Below are positions 18,313 to 27,960 of a stretch of DNA of 64,000 nucleotides, in pieces. How positions within the stretch are numbered: position 1 is the first letter of the stretch; each line of letters begins with the position of its first letter. This stretch comes from a virus, in the IMG/VR virus record IMGVR_UViG_3300048575_000082, positions 36,916 to 100,915 of that record; one strand, given 5' to 3'. Position numbers and translations under genes: made by a program. The notes below the pieces were generated by a model that searched no databases, was not told where the DNA came from, and saw only the letters and a program-made list of their open reading frames with translations.

Positions 18313-18939
18313 CTACCTGGCGTAGGCTAGGGTGAAGGTTGCTTGGAAGGCTACGATCGCGCCCGAGCCACGTACCCGAATCCCAGATGTTGCTCCGCGC
18401 AGGTTGGCAAGGATTTGTTGGGTCGCTCCACCCTTGACCGTGTACTCCGCATCCGAATCCAAGGCAGCAACCATGAGCGCGTTGGTGTCCGAGTTGTTAA
18501 CGATGCGCAAGTCTTCGACAAGGCGCGGGAAATGTATGATCGTCGAATTGGCAACGGCCGCCACATTGGGGGCGTTGCCTGCGATGATCACGGTTCCAAA
18601 GCCCCCCTGGTCGGGTAGAATCAGAACGCCTGGTGTTGCCGTTCCGGGGGCACCCCCAGTGACGGGGACAAATCGAAGCCAGAAAGCCTTGGCGTCTACC
18701 ATGGCATAATTGGCTGGGTCGAAGATCATTCGAACGTTGTCCCCAGCCATCATGGTGTGCCCAGCATCCCGAAGGCTGTCATCGACATGACCACTCAAGG
18801 AGGCTGTGAAGAGCGTGGTGTAAGTCGCGTCGAAATTGGTAGCCCATTCAAGGCGATAACCATCAACCCCAGGGCGACGTGGTGTGACCACGTCGACAAG
18901 GTTCGGGCGGCGCCGGACGACAGAAAACTCCCGGATCAT
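18313..18939 (-). CDS. Hypothetical virion protein
   Basis: 208-aa beta-rich ORF; ATGA overlap with the upstream gene. Confidence 0.5.
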   Translation of the reverse strand: MIREFSVVRRRPNLVDVVTPRRPGVDGYRLEWATNFDATYTTLFTASLSGHVDDSLRDAGHTMMAGDNVRMIFDPANYAMVDAKAFWLRFVPVTGGAPGTATPGVLILPDQGGFGTVIIAGNAPNVAAVANSTIIHFPRLVEDLRIVNNSDTNALMVAALDSDAEYTVKGGATQQILANLRGATSGIRVRGSGAIVAFQATFTLAYAR

Positions 18940-19346
18940 GTGGCTTGCTCCTTGGCAACAAGAGGTGCGTACGTAGCAGCAGCGGAGTCACCACCCTCTT
19001 TCCGCGCGGCCTCTTGAGCCTCACGCCACGTTCCCGTCTCCTCGCCACCGTAGTTGGGCTGCAAGGAGGACTTGAAGACATGGTCCTTCTCTCGGCGGGC
19101 CATCTCCTCACGACGCTTCATCCTGTACTTGTTCTCCTTGCCAGCCTTGGACACCCACCCGCCCGTGGCGCTGTCCTTGAGAACGAACATGACCTTTCCG
19201 GGCTGGAAGTTGATGGACATGGCCTCTGTGCAAGACGGACAAGCAATGTGCAACGTCCCCTCTTTGAGGGCATCATAGTCGGTGAAGGACATTCGGCGAT
19301 CTTCAATCCTGCCGCACTCGAGACACGCTAGGGAATAGGTTGGCAT
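18936..19346 (-). CDS. FmdB-like zinc-ribbon protein
   Basis: MPTYSLACLECG...CPSC. Confidence 0.65.
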   Translation of the reverse strand: MPTYSLACLECGRIEDRRMSFTDYDALKEGTLHIACPSCTEAMSINFQPGKVMFVLKDSATGGWVSKAGKENKYRMKRREEMARREKDHVFKSSLQPNYGGEETGTWREAQEAARKEGGDSAAATYAPLVAKEQAT

Positions 19347-19358
19347 TCGATCCTCATC

Positions 19359-19919
19359 TTACGAGCTTGATTGATCAGGGGGCTCCGGCTCGCTCGAGAC
19401 CTCCCAACATGCACCTGGAACGAAAGGATAAGCGCCCGCCTTCTTCGAAGACAAGCTCCACCCTCGTACCAAACTCACTACGGCGGCTACGTGCTTGCAG
19501 ACCTTGTGGGTCCGGTGTGGGTCACGAACGTTGGGCGGTGAAGCCGTTCCTGCGGGCTTACCGTCCAAGTAACCGCCTGATTGCGCATTGTGCTCCGGCC
19601 CACGCCATTGCCAAGCTGGGCAGGAACACGAGAAGGCAACGTCCATCTTCGTTAGGGCTACCACATTGCCCTTCTTCGTCGCCTTCATTCGGACCACCTT
19701 GGGGCCATTACCAGCGTCCACCGAAAAGATCCAGCGGAGGTTCTTGATGTCTGCCCTCTTGAGCAAGACCTTGCAGGTCGAAGCACGATCCGCGATCGTC
19801 TTGGACAAGCCAGAAACGATCTGGTCAAGGGTCGCAGCTACCCTTGCGTCCAGGCTGATAACAACCGACGGCTCGTGTTGCGTGACCCAGAGCCCCAAAA
19901 CGATACGTGGGTCTGCCAT
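19359..19919 (-). CDS. SWIM-type zinc-finger protein
   Basis: FSCSCPAW...VCKHVAAV (CxC...CxH). Confidence 0.6.
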   Translation of the reverse strand: MADPRIVLGLWVTQHEPSVVISLDARVAATLDQIVSGLSKTIADRASTCKVLLKRADIKNLRWIFSVDAGNGPKVVRMKATKKGNVVALTKMDVAFSCSCPAWQWRGPEHNAQSGGYLDGKPAGTASPPNVRDPHRTHKVCKHVAAVVSLVRGWSLSSKKAGAYPFVPGACWEVSSEPEPPDQSSS

Positions 19920-20860
19920 CAGAGAGCCCTTTCAAGGGTCACAACCGCTTGCTTGATGTGCCCCCCGGGAGTGTAGCCCACACTCATGGCCTTCGCGAGA
20001 GCCTTTAGCCCACGAACAAACTTACCTCCCCCAAGGTTTTCTGTGCGTGCCAGGCTCTCAACCTCACGGTAAATGTCTGCGATGACATCAGCACGCTTCA
20101 CGAATCTGGACAAGGCGTCCTTCGTAACACCGATCCGCTTCAGCTCATCCTTGGCGACGTCATCGAATCGCAGGGCCGCCGTCTTGAATTCCATTACCCC
20201 CATATTCTGCACGCCCTTGAGCTTACCTACAAAGGGGTAGGCCATCTCCAAGGTCTCTTGGATGGCATTCCGTAGGGGCGTTAGCGATGACCGTACTGCA
20301 AAGGATGAGGTCTCCTTGGTCCACCTTTCAATCTGACGGAGGTCTTCATTCAGCCCATCACAAGCCTTGTCCAGCTTACCTTGAAGACTCTTCAAGGCTT
20401 CAAGGATCTCCCTGACCTTACCCGCGATAGAGGGGTCCTTAACCGCTTGGAACCGAAGAGCCACGCGTGTACTGATCATGAGAGACCCTAACTTGGACAC
20501 AGCATTATGTGTATTGGGGATGCCGTCACGGTAGGGGTACTTGGTTTTGGAGGTATCTTGTGGACCAGGGGCTCCAAAACCGATCCCATCGTGATGGTCG
20601 GCATTATCTTCTCTGGTGTCCACACGGTCACGATCCTTGGTGAGATCGTCAGGACCGTCAACCCGCTTGATGGGCTCGTCGTCCTTTCGGTCCTCCCGTT
20701 TGTCGTCAACAGGTTTGGCAAACGTCGCGCCCCCGGGGATCCCTGGGTCTACGGGCAAACCCTTGTCGGTAGGCCCACCCTGGGGGAGCTTGGACTCCCC
20801 CACAGGCGTTGCTGGGCGGCCGGTGCCGTAAGGCGGGCGGGATACTAGCGGGCTGGTCAT
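19919..20860 (-). CDS. Hypothetical two-part protein (disordered N-half; RVALRFQA tag then helical C-half)
   Basis: TAATG coupling; internal Met at 20479 precedes the tag. Confidence 0.55.
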   Translation of the reverse strand: MTSPLVSRPPYGTGRPATPVGESKLPQGGPTDKGLPVDPGIPGGATFAKPVDDKREDRKDDEPIKRVDGPDDLTKDRDRVDTREDNADHHDGIGFGAPGPQDTSKTKYPYRDGIPNTHNAVSKLGSLMISTRVALRFQAVKDPSIAGKVREILEALKSLQGKLDKACDGLNEDLRQIERWTKETSSFAVRSSLTPLRNAIQETLEMAYPFVGKLKGVQNMGVMEFKTAALRFDDVAKDELKRIGVTKDALSRFVKRADVIADIYREVESLARTENLGGGKFVRGLKALAKAMSVGYTPGGHIKQAVVTLERAL

Positions 20861-23067
20861 TACACCCTCACGTAGCCTTGAATGGCTGGGTCAAGGGTAA
20901 TGAGCCTCTCGTGACGCATTCGACGTAGCACGTCTCCATAGGTGTCCTGGCCGAAAAGGAGGTCTCGGAACGCATCCTTACCAGCTACACCGTGGGTGTC
21001 GATGTACATGAGAATGTCATCACGATGTTTCGCGTAATCCTTGTCGAGCTTCTCGATAAGGCTCTTGAGAAGCGTCTCGATTCGGATCGTTTGCGCGACG
21101 TATTCAGCGGCCGGGGCACCTTGCTCACGCATGTCGTGCAGCCAGTCGACGAAGATGTTGACGTCCATCTGGGGGACGCCGCGTCGGTCGGGGTTTTCCG
21201 TTCCCGCATTCCAAGCGGGTTTCAGAAAGTCTGTCACCTCGACGTAGACACGTAGGGCATTGGCCCACTCCTCGGGAGAGACGCCAGTAGGCGTGGGCCA
21301 ATCAGGAAAATTTGAGGAGGCATCCTTGAAGTCCGAAGCGGACTTCTTCTTGGGGCGGACATCCACATGGGACACATCCTCGTTGGGGTGTCCTCCCGGA
21401 TTCGTGCGGGTTTTCTCAACGTCCACCGTCACTAAGCCATCTGCCTTCACGCGCACGACTTTACCAGTGACCTTTTCCTTCTTGGCGTCATTGGGCCAGG
21501 GGACACCAATCTCGACCTCCACCATGTCACCCTTCTTGGCGTCTTCAAGGGGCACAGTACGGGTAGCGGACTTGAACTGGTCCTTATGCTCCTTGTTCTG
21601 GCGCTCCCATTCGGCCTTCTGTTCTGGTGTCATGTTTTCGGTGGGATCGGCAGGCTTACCCTTCTCGAACTTGCTCTCGTGATCGCTCTCAGCCGCCGTA
21701 ACGTGCCGCCAGGCCATGGTGTGTAGGCCGCTGATGACCTTCACCTGCTTGCGGAGCGAGGATACAATGTCAAGTACCTCGGGGGCCAAGCGCTTCATCT
21801 CTTGCTTGACGCCGCCGCCTTGGGGGCCTTCAACCTGGCGCCAGATCTTCCACACATGAGCCGCCTTGGTCTCGATATCCTCGGAGGCCGCCTTCATGGA
21901 GGTTGAGAGATCAATGAGGGCCGTGCTGAAGTCACTCAGAATATCGCCAGCATGCTTGTTCTTGACGACGTCCTTGTGCTTCTCATGCATGTCGTTGATG
22001 ATGGCGACTTGCTCATCCGTGATCGCCGGGTTGACCTTCTGGAATTCCTCCCCGGCGCCCGCAAGCACCTCTTCATTGGCGAACTTGGCGGGGGACCCGT
22101 CCATTTCCTTGGCGGCCTGAATGAAGGCGTCATTAGCCTGGTTCAACAGCTTGAAGGCTTGCTGAAGCAGCTTGAGCACACGCGGGGGCCAGTTGCTCTT
22201 GTCGATCTTCTCGAACTTGTAGGCATCGTCAAGGGCGATCTGTACGCCGCCCCGGACGTCCCAAATGGGATCCCCGTCTCCCTTGCGAGCCGTCTTGTTC
22301 TTGACCACGTCCTTGTTCGCCTCCCATTGGTCGGCGATCTCCTTGAGCTGCGCATCCGTGAGGGCGGGGTTCTCCTTCTTGAACCCATCCATGACCTCTT
22401 CACGGCTTCCGGCGCTTTGCAGAAGCGCTTGCATCTGCTGACCCCCAAGGGCCTGCTGAAGAGCCGTTTCGAGGACCACGGCAAGGCGCTCACGATTCCG
22501 GAGGGTTCCGTCCGTGATGGCGTCTGCTACGGCAAGGATCATGTTGGGATCAAGGCGCGTTGGGATGCTTGCAAGCCGGAGGTTTGGGACCTCCTGCTCA
22601 CGCAGCATTGCCACGATGGAAGCGACGTCCTTAACCGGAAACCGGCCTGACTCCGCTAGCCCTGCGGCAACATCCCGAAGAGCCTTTGCGGTCTCATTGG
22701 GTTGCATAGGGGTATCTCCTGAACGGCGGGTTACGTAGCGAATTCTCGAATCCTCAAGGGCGCGCTCAAGCTCCTCCACCTTTTCGGGCTTGAGCGTTTG
22801 CTTGATTTCATCGTAGTCCAGCTTGGTGGCAGCAAGGGCGGTAGCCCCCAACGCCTTGTCCAGCTTGAATAGAGCCTCGGGGATGCCGTGCAGAAGATGC
22901 CCAGCTACCTCGAAGATGTGGTCTCGTTGCGGGGATTTCTCAACGAGCTGCACGGCGTCTTGGATGTACCTCTTGAGCTGTTCGCAACGCAAGCGCGCGT
23001 CGGTTAGCTCCTCCATCAAGTAGATGGTGACGCCTTGTGCGGCTGTTTTGGAAGCGGAGTCGGTCAC
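20860..23067 (-). CDS. Large modular helical protein, probable internal head protein
   Basis: GTG start after GGGAG; repeated unit (FxxxNPAxTDxQxxxI...HKDxxKxxxA) and many K-x-A motifs. The track start at 23439 overlaps the neighbouring gene. Confidence 0.6.
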   Translation of the reverse strand: MTDSASKTAAQGVTIYLMEELTDARLRCEQLKRYIQDAVQLVEKSPQRDHIFEVAGHLLHGIPEALFKLDKALGATALAATKLDYDEIKQTLKPEKVEELERALEDSRIRYVTRRSGDTPMQPNETAKALRDVAAGLAESGRFPVKDVASIVAMLREQEVPNLRLASIPTRLDPNMILAVADAITDGTLRNRERLAVVLETALQQALGGQQMQALLQSAGSREEVMDGFKKENPALTDAQLKEIADQWEANKDVVKNKTARKGDGDPIWDVRGGVQIALDDAYKFEKIDKSNWPPRVLKLLQQAFKLLNQANDAFIQAAKEMDGSPAKFANEEVLAGAGEEFQKVNPAITDEQVAIINDMHEKHKDVVKNKHAGDILSDFSTALIDLSTSMKAASEDIETKAAHVWKIWRQVEGPQGGGVKQEMKRLAPEVLDIVSSLRKQVKVISGLHTMAWRHVTAAESDHESKFEKGKPADPTENMTPEQKAEWERQNKEHKDQFKSATRTVPLEDAKKGDMVEVEIGVPWPNDAKKEKVTGKVVRVKADGLVTVDVEKTRTNPGGHPNEDVSHVDVRPKKKSASDFKDASSNFPDWPTPTGVSPEEWANALRVYVEVTDFLKPAWNAGTENPDRRGVPQMDVNIFVDWLHDMREQGAPAAEYVAQTIRIETLLKSLIEKLDKDYAKHRDDILMYIDTHGVAGKDAFRDLLFGQDTYGDVLRRMRHERLITLDPAIQGYVRV

Positions 23068-23113
23068 GGTATTTGTTCTCCCGTCAAGACCGGGGCGAAC
23101 AAAGGAAACACCG

Positions 23114-24265
23114 TCAGCCCGCCTGGAAGACAGCAGGGAACTCTGCGACGAGGGCTTGCTTCCCATCGTCCGTCTCGGCTGCAAAGGCGGCCTGAATGAC
23201 GTCAGGCCGATCTTCGAAGTCAAGCGAAAGCCGGGCAAGCCTCTTCTTGAGGGGCGCCTCGAAGTCATAAGACTCCGGGAAGTCTGCGCACAGGGACTTG
23301 GCGATGATCTTACGTGTTGCCACAGGGAGCGCCGGAAGCGGTGCCGCCTTGGGCTGTGGGGCTGCCGCTTGGACAGGGCGTGCGGGCTGGACCTCGGGGC
23401 GCTTGGGGCCGTTGGTGTTGGTGAACTTGATACCCTCACGCTCAGTCACCGTGGTCTCGGTCTGCATGGCGCCCGTGGTAGGATCCGCGATCTCTGTACC
23501 ACCACCTGTGGTCGTCGTGATCGTCATGCCCTCACGAGTCACAGGAGCCTGCTTCTTGACGGCTGCAACAACAGGGCGACCCGACTTGGCTGCGGCTGCG
23601 GCAATCTCAGCATCGTACACCGCGCGCCGTGACTCCTTCTCGGCCAGGTACACGGTACGCTCTTCCTCGGTCATCAAGGCCAAAGCCTCGTCCTCAGTAC
23701 GCCCCTTGACGGGCTGAATGGTGGGGGGCTTGGCCGCGCTGATCAGGGCACCAGCGTTGTCACCATCCAACACAGGGCGGGACTTGGCAGGGGTCTGGAG
23801 GTCACGGAAGTGTGTCCCATCCTGGGCCTCGACCTCCATGACGCGACCGTGCTGGTCTTTGACCTTGCCGCCCGATCGATGGTAGTTCCGATTGCGGTTG
23901 GCAGTGGCTTCAGCGGCGGTGCGGGTGTTGCCGACCTGACGCTCATCGTTCTCGACCGTGACAATTGCCTTCTTCTCGGGGGGAGCGAAGGGGTTGCCTC
24001 CCTTGGTGGGGTGTCGTACTTGAATGTTCGCAGAAATGGCTTCGACAGGGTTATCCTGCTCAAAGCCCTCTTCAGGAACAAGCCAGCCCTGCTTGATTGG
24101 CCCACGAAGACGCGGCATGGTGAAGCTTTCCCCATCCGTGGTCACCGTGACCCCATCAAATTCAACCTCTTGTCCGTGACGGAATTGGATGTTGCTGTCA
24201 CCCATCGTGAAGGTGCGGGTAACGATGAGTCTGACGGGCTCGCCTGGCTTGAATCTGATATCCAT
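23114..24265 (-). CDS. Hypothetical protein
   Basis: 383-aa ORF with GGAGG RBS. Confidence 0.6.
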   Translation of the reverse strand: MDIRFKPGEPVRLIVTRTFTMGDSNIQFRHGQEVEFDGVTVTTDGESFTMPRLRGPIKQGWLVPEEGFEQDNPVEAISANIQVRHPTKGGNPFAPPEKKAIVTVENDERQVGNTRTAAEATANRNRNYHRSGGKVKDQHGRVMEVEAQDGTHFRDLQTPAKSRPVLDGDNAGALISAAKPPTIQPVKGRTEDEALALMTEEERTVYLAEKESRRAVYDAEIAAAAAKSGRPVVAAVKKQAPVTREGMTITTTTGGGTEIADPTTGAMQTETTVTEREGIKFTNTNGPKRPEVQPARPVQAAAPQPKAAPLPALPVATRKIIAKSLCADFPESYDFEAPLKKRLARLSLDFEDRPDVIQAAFAAETDDGKQALVAEFPAVFQAG

Positions 24266-24342
24266 CTGATGTCCTCCGTATAGGCGAGGAACTTGGTTCC
24301 TCGTACCATAGGGGATCTGACAAATGGATTATGACCAGATTC

Positions 24343-24765
24343 TCAACGTGCCGGGGTAAGGTCAGCGGCCATTTCGACAACCTTGCCCTTTTCAGGCGCA
24401 ACCCCCTGCGGGAGGGTCGGGAAGAGAATCCCACAGGCTTCCCCGATGGCTGTCATTTGCTTGCTCACGCTGTCAGCCAAGCCCTCGAAGTCACGCATCA
24501 CAACGTCGCACAACGATTGAAGGGCTATGTTGGCATCCTCTTGATCCTCAACGGACCACTCGCGGGAGTATGCGGGGCTGGACGCCTCGTCGGTGGTCTT
24601 GACACGATCCGTGAGGGTCATCCTGGCGCTCCATCGGGTCCCGACGCCTTGAAGATCGGTGCCTGTGGTGCTCACATTGACATCAACGTGAGGAACAGCG
24701 CAGTATGCAGCCCCAAAAGCCACGGCGGCAGAGGTCAAAGTACTGATCAGATCTTGGTTGAGCAT
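24343..24765 (-). CDS. Hypothetical protein
   Basis: Open frame filling the gap divergent from ung; weak support. Confidence 0.35.
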   Translation of the reverse strand: MLNQDLISTLTSAAVAFGAAYCAVPHVDVNVSTTGTDLQGVGTRWSARMTLTDRVKTTDEASSPAYSREWSVEDQEDANIALQSLCDVVMRDFEGLADSVSKQMTAIGEACGILFPTLPQGVAPEKGKVVEMAADLTPAR

Positions 24766-24800
24766 GCTACACTCTACACCGGAACGGTGTAGCAATCGGC

Positions 24801-25511
24801 ATGGACCCTAGTTGGAAGACCCTTCTCAAACCTCAATTTGAGCAAGACTACTTCACGAAGTTGGCCGAAGCCATCAAGGCAGACGCGGCATCCCACGTGA
24901 TCCTTCCGCCAAGTGCGCGTGTTTTCGAGGCATTCAACACGCCTTACGCCGCGATCAAGGTCGTCATCCTTGGCCAGGACCCTTACCATGGGCGTGGACA
25001 AGCCCACGGGCTAGCCTTCTCGGTGCTCCCCGGGGTGCCCATCCCCCCGTCCTTGGCAAACATCTACAAGGAGGCTGAGGCAGATGTGGGCGCCAAGCCT
25101 GTCAAGCACGGCTACCTTGGGCATTGGGCGGAACAGGGCGTGATGCTTCTCAATACGAGCCTCACGGTTCGCGAGGGTGTTCCCGCCAGCCATAGCAACC
25201 TGGGATGGGGGGTATTTACCACCGCTGTGATCCGCATGTTGGCGGCTCGGGAGAAACCCATGGTCTTCATCCTATGGGGCCGCCATGCTCAATCGAAGCG
25301 GGCCTTGATTGACGATGAGAAGCACTACGTCATCACGGCACCTCACCCGTCACCACTATCGGCACACGCTGGCTTCTTCGGAAGCAAGCCATTCTCAAAG
25401 ACCAACGAGGCCCTCAAGCGTTGGGGGCTTGCCCCTATCGATTGGCAGCTACCTGCCACCATTGATGTGAAGCTCACGTCGGGCTTCCAAGGAGAACCGG
25501 AGAGAGAATGA
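24801..25511 (+). CDS. ung: Uracil-DNA glycosylase, family 1
   Basis: VVILGQDPYH, AHGLAFSV, GVMLLN and HPSPLS motifs. Confidence 0.95.
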   Translation: MDPSWKTLLKPQFEQDYFTKLAEAIKADAASHVILPPSARVFEAFNTPYAAIKVVILGQDPYHGRGQAHGLAFSVLPGVPIPPSLANIYKEAEADVGAKPVKHGYLGHWAEQGVMLLNTSLTVREGVPASHSNLGWGVFTTAVIRMLAAREKPMVFILWGRHAQSKRALIDDEKHYVITAPHPSPLSAHAGFFGSKPFSKTNEALKRWGLAPIDWQLPATIDVKLTSGFQGEPERE

Positions 25512-25978
25512 GCCCTGAAGACACCGTCATCGAGGCCCTCAAATGGGCACGCAGCATGGACGTCCGTATCCTACGCGGACCCGTCTTCGACTTCTGTGAC
25601 TACACGAATTACCCGAGGGTCGTTCGTACCGAAGGGCTCCCGGCGTGCAATGCGATTGGGGCGGTCCTGCTGCGGCATGAGCTTCAAGGGCTATGCTACC
25701 CGGATTTCGCCCCCCATTGGGAGAGGAAGCTCCTCGAGATCCTTAGCACGGATCGCACCTGGCTTTGGCGGTTTGACCATGGCTGGAACCGTGGGAATTG
25801 CCTGGTCTTCGAGGTCACGAAGAAGGGGGAGACCAAGTCGACCACCGTCTATGACGAGGTGAGCCGGTGGGGAAACAGGATGGCAAACGAGTGGGTCAGC
25901 CCCCAGCTATTACTCGGAGGCCGAGCCGCTCCATCCGTACCCTTCGAATCAATGCCGGAATGTAACGCAGCGCAATAG
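25508..25978 (+). CDS. Hypothetical protein
   Basis: ATGA overlap with the ung stop. Confidence 0.5.
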   Translation: MSPEDTVIEALKWARSMDVRILRGPVFDFCDYTNYPRVVRTEGLPACNAIGAVLLRHELQGLCYPDFAPHWERKLLEILSTDRTWLWRFDHGWNRGNCLVFEVTKKGETKSTTVYDEVSRWGNRMANEWVSPQLLLGGRAAPSVPFESMPECNAAQ

Positions 25979-26087
25979 CCTCCCTCAAGTTACGATGCCT
26001 GTGAAGGATGGCCCTCCGAAGCGTCTGCTTCCCCTGGGGCGTCATCAGTGCCTTCGCCACAAGCGCGTCACGTTCTTCTGGTGTCAT
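25896..26087 (-). CDS. Small protein resembling the capsid N-terminal helix
   Basis: MTPEERDALVAKALMTPQGKQTL; weak RBS; overlaps a plus-strand ORF. Confidence 0.35.
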   Translation of the reverse strand: MTPEERDALVAKALMTPQGKQTLRRAILHRHRNLREAIALRYIPALIRRVRMERLGLRVIAGG

Positions 26088-26303
26088 GAAGAGCCACTAC
26101 ACCATTGATCCCTGACCCTCCTTGGCATACCAGGAGCATGAAGATCGGACGCAAGGCTCAAGGTCAAGAGGCAGGCAAGGAGTGGGTTCAACGCCACGGT
26201 CATAAGCGTGGCGTTTCGCGACGGTCCTATGCCGCCGCAGAGAAGGCCCTTGAGACGAAGGTTCGCCAGGAAGGGAAGAAGGCTTGTCGTGAAAGGGAGG
26301 GTT

Positions 26304-26325
26304 GAGGGGGCGCGGTGGCCCCCTC
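26304..26325. terminator. Hairpin immediately downstream of the major capsid gene
   Basis: GAGGGGGC-gcggtg-GCCCCCTC perfect 8-bp stem, 14 nt past the capsid stop. Confidence 0.5.
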
Positions 26326-26339
26326 TAGGGCAGGACCGC

Positions 26340-27221
26340 TTAGAAGCGGTTGACGACGATGCGGGTGAGGCCGCGAGGGTTGAAGGCGCCGATGCCGATG
26401 TTCTGGAAGCAGGAGAACCCAATCGTGCGCGCCTTGGGGTCGTCTGCCGAAAGGACGGTCAGCTCGGTACGGACCGGGAAGCGTCCGAAGTTCTCGGGCT
26501 CTGCGCAGAGGTACACGAAGCCGACCGGAACCAGACGGCTGGTGATGATCTGTGCGCCCCAGAGGGTCGCCTGAAGACCTGTCTTGAGCAGCGTGGCCTG
26601 GCTCTCGATGTCCAGGATGTCGCGACCGAACTTACGAATGTCGGCGTAATCGACGGCATTCATATAGATGCGGGCAACGCGCAGGTCGTGACGCTCGATC
26701 TCGGCGAACGCGTCGGCGAGGATCGAGGGGCTGATCGGGGCAACAACCGCGAGGTCAGGGTTCGTTCCGCCCGGAAGCGTATCGAAGCCGCTGACGGCGA
26801 TCGAGTCGAGAACCGCAAAGACGCGCTCGTCTTCGGCGGCCTGGATCTGGGCCTTCGCCAGGTCCTGAGCACGTTCGATCAGGTCGAAACGACGCTCCTT
26901 GATCTGGGTGAGGGGGATCTCGGGGTTCGAGGCGATCTCGAACAGCGGGAAGATGACGCGGCGTGGCTTCTGGATCGCGAGGATGTTCTCGCCTTCCTCA
27001 CCAACCACGAATGCGGTGACGTCCGGATCCTTGTCGTAGATCGGGAGCGCTCCATCGGGAAGCTGCTCGACCAAGAAGGTCTTGCGGCCCACGGCGGTGT
27101 AGTCACGACGCAGCCGGAGAGGCTGGATCATGGAGGCGGCGAGCTTGGCGCGACCCGCAGCGGTCTTGATGTACTCGCTGATGATCTGCTGCTTGATCTC
27201 GTTGGAAACTTGAGTCGTCAT
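26340..27221 (-). CDS. Major capsid protein (probable HK97 fold)
   Basis: About 293 aa; GGAGG RBS; very strong C/G-ending codon bias; follows the protease, scaffold and decoration-like genes. Confidence 0.75.
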   Translation of the reverse strand: MTTQVSNEIKQQIISEYIKTAAGRAKLAASMIQPLRLRRDYTAVGRKTFLVEQLPDGALPIYDKDPDVTAFVVGEEGENILAIQKPRRVIFPLFEIASNPEIPLTQIKERRFDLIERAQDLAKAQIQAAEDERVFAVLDSIAVSGFDTLPGGTNPDLAVVAPISPSILADAFAEIERHDLRVARIYMNAVDYADIRKFGRDILDIESQATLLKTGLQATLWGAQIITSRLVPVGFVYLCAEPENFGRFPVRTELTVLSADDPKARTIGFSCFQNIGIGAFNPRGLTRIVVNRF

Positions 27222-27251
27222 GATATCCTCCAAAAAGTCCTGTTTCGAGCC

Positions 27252-27878
27252 TCAGACCCGGAGGTCGATGACGAGGATGTTGTTGGTTCCGGCATCGGGT
27301 GCGGCCTTGACGATGCCCATGAGGGTCGGGGTAGGTGCGCCCGCGACGTTGTTCTCGTATGCGTCTTCGAGAACGTTGGTGAGGTAGCCGTTCATCGACG
27401 CGTACACAGGGTCGCCCGCCGTGTAGGTGATGTTGGCCGAACCGGTCTTCTGGTGCTTGGTCTCGTAGATCGAGAGGCCGAGGCAGCTTCCGCTACCGCA
27501 CACATAGGGACCCTTGCCGGAGGCTGCGCCTGGGGTGTTCTCGAACGGGTTGCCGATGGCGTCGTTCAAGAAGATGCCGAGGGGCTTCAAGCCTGCGAGG
27601 TAGGTGGGGCCTGCCGTGACGACTGGTCCACCATGATAGCCGTTCCCGACGTCGGGACGGGTGAAGGCGACCGACCCACCGAGGACGCCGACCTTGGCGA
27701 CGCTGGAGAGTGTGGCGCTCTTGTTGGCCGTTGCGGTGACTACAGGGGGATTTGCCTGCGTGAAAGCGTCTGTCGTCAGAGCACCCAGCGAATTGCGGGT
27801 CACGACGTGGAGAAGCTGTACACGACCGGAAGTCTCCTTGAAATCACCCGAGCTGATTCCACCGATAGGCATTGGCAT
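27252..27878 (-). CDS. Putative capsid decoration/cement protein
   Basis: Directly upstream of the capsid gene; LGIF...ASGK...YTAGDPVYAS..GYLT...LMGIV pattern. Confidence 0.55.
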   Translation of the reverse strand: MPMPIGGISSGDFKETSGRVQLLHVVTRNSLGALTTDAFTQANPPVVTATANKSATLSSVAKVGVLGGSVAFTRPDVGNGYHGGPVVTAGPTYLAGLKPLGIFLNDAIGNPFENTPGAASGKGPYVCGSGSCLGLSIYETKHQKTGSANITYTAGDPVYASMNGYLTNVLEDAYENNVAGAPTPTLMGIVKAAPDAGTNNILVIDLRV

Positions 27879-27960
27879 AACTCTTACTCCTGAAACACGG
27901 TTTTTGCCGGGGTGAACTCCACATCTACATCTTCATCTGGGTACTGCATGAGGGGTTGGC

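Noticed and set aside
23068-23439. N-terminal extension of track ORF 20860-23439
   Set aside because: It overlaps gene 23114-24265 in another frame; a GTG with RBS at 23067 is a better start.
26105-26305. Small basic plus-strand ORF
   Set aside because: The RBS-to-ATG spacing is implausible and no motif is present; it could be real but is unsupported.
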